DNA from: Candidatus Omnitrophota bacterium
GTDB lineage: Bacteria > Omnitrophota > Gorgyraeia > Gygaellales > Profunditerraquicolaceae
Direction of reading: 5' to 3'
Assembly: GCA_003598025.1 (NCBI GenBank)
Contig: QZKH01000009.1
Span: 64,896 to 128,895, forward strand
DNA: 64,000 nt
A program made the translations under genes and the position numbers. The notes under the pieces are model-generated. The model was not told the origin of the DNA. It searched no databases and saw only the letters and a list, made by a program, of their open reading frames with translations. Shown one piece after another: positions 59,777 to 64,000 of this stretch (positions are counted from its first letter, which is position 1; each line of letters opens with the position of its first letter).

Positions 59777-59805
59777 GCCGTATGGTTTTCGGTTTTTTAT
59801 TTTTT
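59771..59805 (+). terminator. Riboswitch expression-platform terminator
   Basis: CCGAAAGCC-GTAT-GGTTTTCGG plus T-tract, overlapping the aptamer 3' strand. Confidence 0.8.
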
Positions 59806-59851
59806 GGGCTTGTTAACAACTTTTAAAAAGATTTAAATAACTGAAAAGGAG

Positions 59852-60046
59852 GTGAAGAATATGTTAAGCAAAAGAGGTCAGTCAACATTGGAGTATGTAT
59901 TGATTCTTACTGCTATCATCGCTGCGATAATCTTGGTCGCCAATAATTTTGTCAGGCCAAGAGTAGGGTCATCTTTGGACCATGTAACTAATCAGATGGA
60001 GCAGCAAGCAAACAGAATCCAGTTCGGAGCAGCGCCAGTTGAATAA
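59852..60046 (+). CDS. Flp-type pilin
   Basis: KRG|QSTLEY plus hydrophobic helix, 64 aa. Confidence 0.88.
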   Translation: MKNMLSKRGQSTLEYVLILTAIIAAIILVANNFVRPRVGSSLDHVTNQMEQQANRIQFGAAPVE

Positions 60047-60073
60047 AATTAATAGAAAAGGGGGGTGAATTAA

Positions 60074-60502
60074 ATGTTAAAAATCTTAGGTAAAAGAGCA
60101 CAAACTACTGCCGAATATGCTGTTTTGATTGCACTGGTAGTTGGTGCAGTTGTAGCAATGCAGGTCTATGTAAGGAGAGGTTTGCAGGGAAGGATCAGAA
60201 ACGTCGTTGATCACGTTGATTCCGGTGGGCCCGTAGGGCAAGACGAGGACCAATTTACATTCACTGCTGAGCAGTATGAACCGTATTATTTGTCTTCTCA
60301 GTCAGCCACAGCCCGTGAAAGCACACAACAGGAAATCTTAGGCCGCGGCGGCGAGGTTGGAAGAGGTACTGCAGAGGCAACAGGGGTACAGCGTCAACAG
60401 ATTATGGGTTGGGATGATACGACTTTAGCTACGCCAGTAGCGGCTCCCAGCGTAACAGAGCCGGGAATGCCGACTGTACCGCAACCAGAGAATGTTGAAT
60501 AA
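60074..60502 (+). CDS. Pilin-like protein
   Basis: KRA|QTTAEY, MQVYVRRGLQGR. Confidence 0.85.
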   Translation: MLKILGKRAQTTAEYAVLIALVVGAVVAMQVYVRRGLQGRIRNVVDHVDSGGPVGQDEDQFTFTAEQYEPYYLSSQSATARESTQQEILGRGGEVGRGTAEATGVQRQQIMGWDDTTLATPVAAPSVTEPGMPTVPQPENVE

Positions 60503-60519
60503 TAAAGGAGGTGGAGTAA

Positions 60520-60864
60520 ATGTTCATACATTTAAATAAAAGAGGCCAAAGCACATTGGAATACGCTCTTATTATAGCTGTAATAATAGCAGCTTTAATT
60601 GCTATGCAGACGTATTTCAAAAGAGGCCTTCAGGGCAGGTTAAAGCAAGCAAGCGATGATGTCGGCGAACAATTCTCATCAGGAGCCAGCTACTATGACT
60701 ATACTACGCAGACCAGTATTTCATCTAATGAAGAGGTAAAGCCTGGTGTTGATGATACATCCAGAGGCGGGATCACTCAAACAGATACTACCCAGAATGT
60801 TACCAGGACAGGTACTGAGCATGTTGCTGAATACGGGGACACAGGCGAGTATTGGCCACAATAA
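60520..60864 (+). CDS. Pilin-like protein
   Basis: KRG|QSTLEY, MQTYFKRGLQGR. Confidence 0.85.
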   Translation: MFIHLNKRGQSTLEYALIIAVIIAALIAMQTYFKRGLQGRLKQASDDVGEQFSSGASYYDYTTQTSISSNEEVKPGVDDTSRGGITQTDTTQNVTRTGTEHVAEYGDTGEYWPQ

Positions 60865-60943
60865 TAGCATGGTATATGATGGGAGCACCATTTATGCCGA
60901 TTATGTTTACAAAAGAGAAATTAGGTGAAAAAGGAGCGTAGCT

Positions 60944-61795
60944 ATGTTTTTGGCGATTGCGTTATTCTCAATATCTTCGATATGCCTTATTGCTTCTGTA
61001 GTTTTTCCTTGGGCTGATGATAAGCGTTTAGCCTGGCAGGATGAGAAGGAAAAGACTATAGGCAGGAAGATGGACGATATGTTTTACTATGACAGAAGCC
61101 CAAGGCAGATCGTGCTACTTTATTATATGCTGCCACCAATACTAGCTACGCTCAGCTATTATTTAGTATCAAAATCCCTCCTTGTAATATTTTTTGCAGC
61201 AGGATTAGGTGTAGCTATCCCCAATATTATTCTCAAAGTAAGAGACGCTAATAGAAGAAGAAAATTCCGCCAGCAGATCCTTGATTGCCTCATGCTATTA
61301 TCAAGCTGCCTAAAGGGCGGCTTATCTCTTTTACAGTCTTTTGAAGTTATAGTAGAAGAGATGCCTGCTCCAATGGCGCAGGAGATGGGTCTGTTAGTCA
61401 GGGAAAATAAGATGGGTGTTACTTTAGAGGAGGCTCTAAAGAGGTTCGATAGGCGTATACAAACCGAAGAATGGAGCCTGGTAATTAATTCTATTTTGGT
61501 TGCCAGGGAAACAGGCGGTGATTTAACCAAGGTTTTCAGCCGGCTTTGTACGACGATCAGAGATAATCAAAAACTTAAAGATAGCATACAGACACTCACT
61601 CTTCAGGGCAGGCTGCAGGGTATTATAATGTCAGCGCTGCCGTTTTTGTTTGTTGCCTGGGTATTACAGTTCAATAAAAATCATTTTGATGTTATGTGGC
61701 AGAATGATTTAGGAAGGATGCTTATGATTGCGGCGATACTTTTACAGATTGTCGGTATGGTTTTAATCCGCAAATTCAGCATCATTAAGATATAG
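60944..61795 (+). CDS. tadB: TadB (T2SS F family)
   Basis: LKGGLSL, ETGGDL, TLQGRLQG. Confidence 0.9.
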   Translation: MFLAIALFSISSICLIASVVFPWADDKRLAWQDEKEKTIGRKMDDMFYYDRSPRQIVLLYYMLPPILATLSYYLVSKSLLVIFFAAGLGVAIPNIILKVRDANRRRKFRQQILDCLMLLSSCLKGGLSLLQSFEVIVEEMPAPMAQEMGLLVRENKMGVTLEEALKRFDRRIQTEEWSLVINSILVARETGGDLTKVFSRLCTTIRDNQKLKDSIQTLTLQGRLQGIIMSALPFLFVAWVLQFNKNHFDVMWQNDLGRMLMIAAILLQIVGMVLIRKFSIIKI

Positions 61796-61808
61796 GAAGG
61801 GATTTAAT

Positions 61809-62666
61809 ATGGAAATATATATATATGCCCTTATATTCGCAAGTTTATTGTTTATACTCTTGGGCATTTTTGGCTTTGGTTCGGAACGCAGCGGTAAATA
61901 TAAACTGCCGGTAAATGAAATCGAAGTCAAAAAAGCAAATATGCACCAGATCCTTACTAATATGTTCCCGTTTACCAGGAAGCTTCTTGAAAGGCTTGGG
62001 ACGTATCAGAAGCTGCGTTTAAAATTGGAAGGGGCACACGTAAATTTATCCCCGATAGAGTTTTTTAATATAAAGATAATATTAATATTCGTCTTATTAA
62101 TCGTATCGATATTCTCATTCGGCAAGTTTGAACCGATGGCCATAGCTGTTTCTTTGGCTGCGGGGTATTTATTGCCGGAAATATGGGTTGCTCTAAAAAT
62201 AAAAAAACGTAAAGAAGAAATAGTAAGGCGCCTTCCAGAAACGGTGGATTTATTAAGCCTTTGCGTTGAGGCAGGGCTTGATTTTACTATGGCAGTAAAA
62301 TGGGTAGTTGAGAAGGTTACATTAAACCCTATGCTTGAAGAATTACGTTTCCTTCTTGAAGAGATAAAATGGGGCAAATCACGCTCCCAGGCATTAAGGG
62401 ATATGTCAAGGAGGATAAATGTGCCTGAGGTTACATCTTTTGCCCAGACACTTATCCAGGCAGACAGGATGGGTACGCCCGTGGGTGAGGCATTTATGAT
62501 ATTGTCAGAAGATACTCGGTTAAGGCGGTTCCAGAGAGGCGAAAGAATAGCCCTTAAAGCGCCTATTAAGATACTGATACCTTTGATATTTTGCATATTA
62601 CCGGTTATCGCAATTATTATCGGCGGGCCGATACTTATACAGTTTTCGAACAATAAATTATTTTAA
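61809..62666 (+). CDS. tadC: TadC (T2SS F family)
   Basis: LPETVDLL..VEAGL, QADRMGTP, KILIPLIFCILP. Confidence 0.9.
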   Translation: MEIYIYALIFASLLFILLGIFGFGSERSGKYKLPVNEIEVKKANMHQILTNMFPFTRKLLERLGTYQKLRLKLEGAHVNLSPIEFFNIKIILIFVLLIVSIFSFGKFEPMAIAVSLAAGYLLPEIWVALKIKKRKEEIVRRLPETVDLLSLCVEAGLDFTMAVKWVVEKVTLNPMLEELRFLLEEIKWGKSRSQALRDMSRRINVPEVTSFAQTLIQADRMGTPVGEAFMILSEDTRLRRFQRGERIALKAPIKILIPLIFCILPVIAIIIGGPILIQFSNNKLF

Positions 62667-62680
62667 GGGGGCGTTTGGTG

Positions 62681-62845
62681 ATGGAGCAGGCAAAGAATAA
62701 AAAAGCACAAAGTATAATGGAATACATGCTTATTATGACTGTTGTCATCGCCGCTATCATTTCGGTCGGTTTTCTTGACAATGTAAAAGGGATTTTCCGT
62801 AATTATTTTGATTCTATGGTGAGCTGGATTTCTGCTCTACCTTAA
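62681..62845 (+). CDS. Small Flp-type pilin (54 aa)
   Basis: Read manually: KKA|QSIMEYMLIMTVVIAAII. Confidence 0.8.
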   Translation: MEQAKNKKAQSIMEYMLIMTVVIAAIISVGFLDNVKGIFRNYFDSMVSWISALP

Positions 62846-62861
62846 AAGGGGAAGGTTGAAT

Positions 62862-63026
62862 ATGGTTAAAAGGTATCACGATAAAAGGGCTCAAAGTATC
62901 CTGGAATACGCCATGTTGATAATTGTTATAGCTACGGCGCTTATGGTCATGAATACGTACATCCAACGTGCTATAACCGCTCGTTTAAGACAAGTCCATG
63001 AAGAGCTCAATGAGTCCAGGAGATAA
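62862..63026 (+). CDS. Small pilin-like protein (54 aa)
   Basis: Read manually: KRA|QSILEYAML...MNTYIQRAITARL. Confidence 0.8.
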   Translation: MVKRYHDKRAQSILEYAMLIIVIATALMVMNTYIQRAITARLRQVHEELNESRR

Positions 63027-63028
63027 AG

Positions 63029-63358
63029 ATGCGTTTAAGCAGGAAAGGGCAGAGTACTTACGAATTTGCATTAGTGGTCATAGTCTTAGTCGCTGCGTTG
63101 ATCAGTATGCAGGTTTATATAAAAAGAGCTGTACAGGGAAGGTTAAAAGACAGCATACAACAGTCAGGAGAAGATTTTTATGCTCCCAGGGAGACGACGG
63201 GCACAACCGTTACGCAAACAACGATCGAAGAGAGCCGTGAATCTGAATTACAGCCGGGGATTATGTTTATCGGTGATGATATACAATATGGCCATACAAA
63301 TACTGTAACCGAAGAGCACACTGAATCAAGAGAAGATATTTTACCTGCGGTTTATTAA
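63029..63358 (+). CDS. Pilin-like protein
   Basis: RKG|QSTYEF, MQVYIKRAVQGRL. Confidence 0.85.
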   Translation: MRLSRKGQSTYEFALVVIVLVAALISMQVYIKRAVQGRLKDSIQQSGEDFYAPRETTGTTVTQTTIEESRESELQPGIMFIGDDIQYGHTNTVTEEHTESREDILPAVY

Positions 63359-63370
63359 GCAGGAGGCAGA

Positions 63371-64000
63371 ATGTTTATTATGGCAACAAAAATAAAACGC
63401 TCAATCAAAGGCAACGTGTTCTTGGAATATGCCTTGATTATAGGGATAGTAGCGGCAGCATTGATAACAATACAATTATATGTTAAGCGCGGACTGCAGG
63501 GCAGGGTAAGGCAAATGACCGATGTTTTTATAGGTGAAACCCAAGTCAGCCAGGTTGATAAAGAGGTTGTATCCGGCTCTTTGACTACTACTGAGCCTTT
63601 TGGCCCAATGACAAGAACAGAAAGGCGGCAGTTTCTTCCCGGGGGGGCGACATCCAGGGAATACACAGAGGATAAAAAGACAGAAGCAGAAAGCCGAACA
63701 GAGGACGTAGCTCAATCAGGATGGCTTAGCCTTTTTGATTCATTTGTTAATGTAGATGCCGTAGAGTACGACCCTGAGGGTAATTATACGGATGATACCG
63801 GTTATATGGGTGAAGGTGACTGGTGGGAAGAAGTAACTGATATTGCGGTATTACAAGCTGAAATAGACCGGCTTAATGAAGAAATAGCATATCTGAACGA
63901 AGGCAGCGGCACAATAGGTGAAGAAGGTAATAATATGATGGATATGATCAGCCAGCTTCTTGGCTCTTTTGGCGGTTCAGGCCTTATTGGCGACATATTA
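63371..64000 (+). CDS. Larger pilin-like protein, runs off the window
   Basis: AGGAGG RBS; KG|NVFLEYAL...IQLYVKRGLQGR; no stop seen. Confidence 0.8.
   Translation, partial: MFIMATKIKRSIKGNVFLEYALIIGIVAAALITIQLYVKRGLQGRVRQMTDVFIGETQVSQVDKEVVSGSLTTTEPFGPMTRTERRQFLPGGATSREYTEDKKTEAESRTEDVAQSGWLSLFDSFVNVDAVEYDPEGNYTDDTGYMGEGDWWEEVTDIAVLQAEIDRLNEEIAYLNEGSGTIGEEGNNMMDMISQLLGSFGGSGLIGDIL

Noticed and set aside
62006-62653. Long antisense ORFs (e.g. 62006-62653, 55683-56168, 53618-54112, 11529-11996)
   Set aside because: They shadow well-supported genes on the other strand and have no motifs or RBS.

Overview
Bacterial chromosomal window; gene content suggests an anaerobic diderm, possibly Omnitrophota (inference only). 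It opens with the 3' end of gltX and tRNA-Gln(CTG). About 45 kb of accessory DNA follows, resolving into TWO related integrative elements in tandem at the tRNA 3' end (island 1 ~1273-23860, island 2 ~23861-46531, core GGGCAG). Each island has the same plan: the N-terminal part of a large serine recombinase at the left end, a gutted phage-like late/lysis remnant, stress cargo, an HTH-MNT/HEPN pair, and the ~140-codon C-terminal HTH-like part of the recombinase at the right end. The attachment site lies inside the recombinase gene at a W-L-P motif. Integration therefore swaps the C-terminal domain for a peptide read antisense through the tRNA, and the island1/island2 junction creates an in-frame chimeric full-length recombinase. 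Island 1 cargo is ion/redox/signalling (cvrA, ferritin-like, hemerythrin, rubredoxin, two-component system, mgtE, orphan TIR, MFS). Island 2 cargo is proteostasis/aerotolerance (HspR-like, CIRCE, three Hsp20, groES/EL, rpoZ, MoxR-DUF58-Bat cluster). Right of the islands: tRNA-Leu, a FIST-kinase-GGDEF signalling operon, tRNA-Glu, and a Tad pilus locus with a secretin-TonB_C fusion, a CpaE-CpaF fusion, a RAYT transposase and a c-di-GMP-I riboswitch ahead of seven pilin-like genes. All calls come from reading the sequence and recognising motifs; no searches were run.
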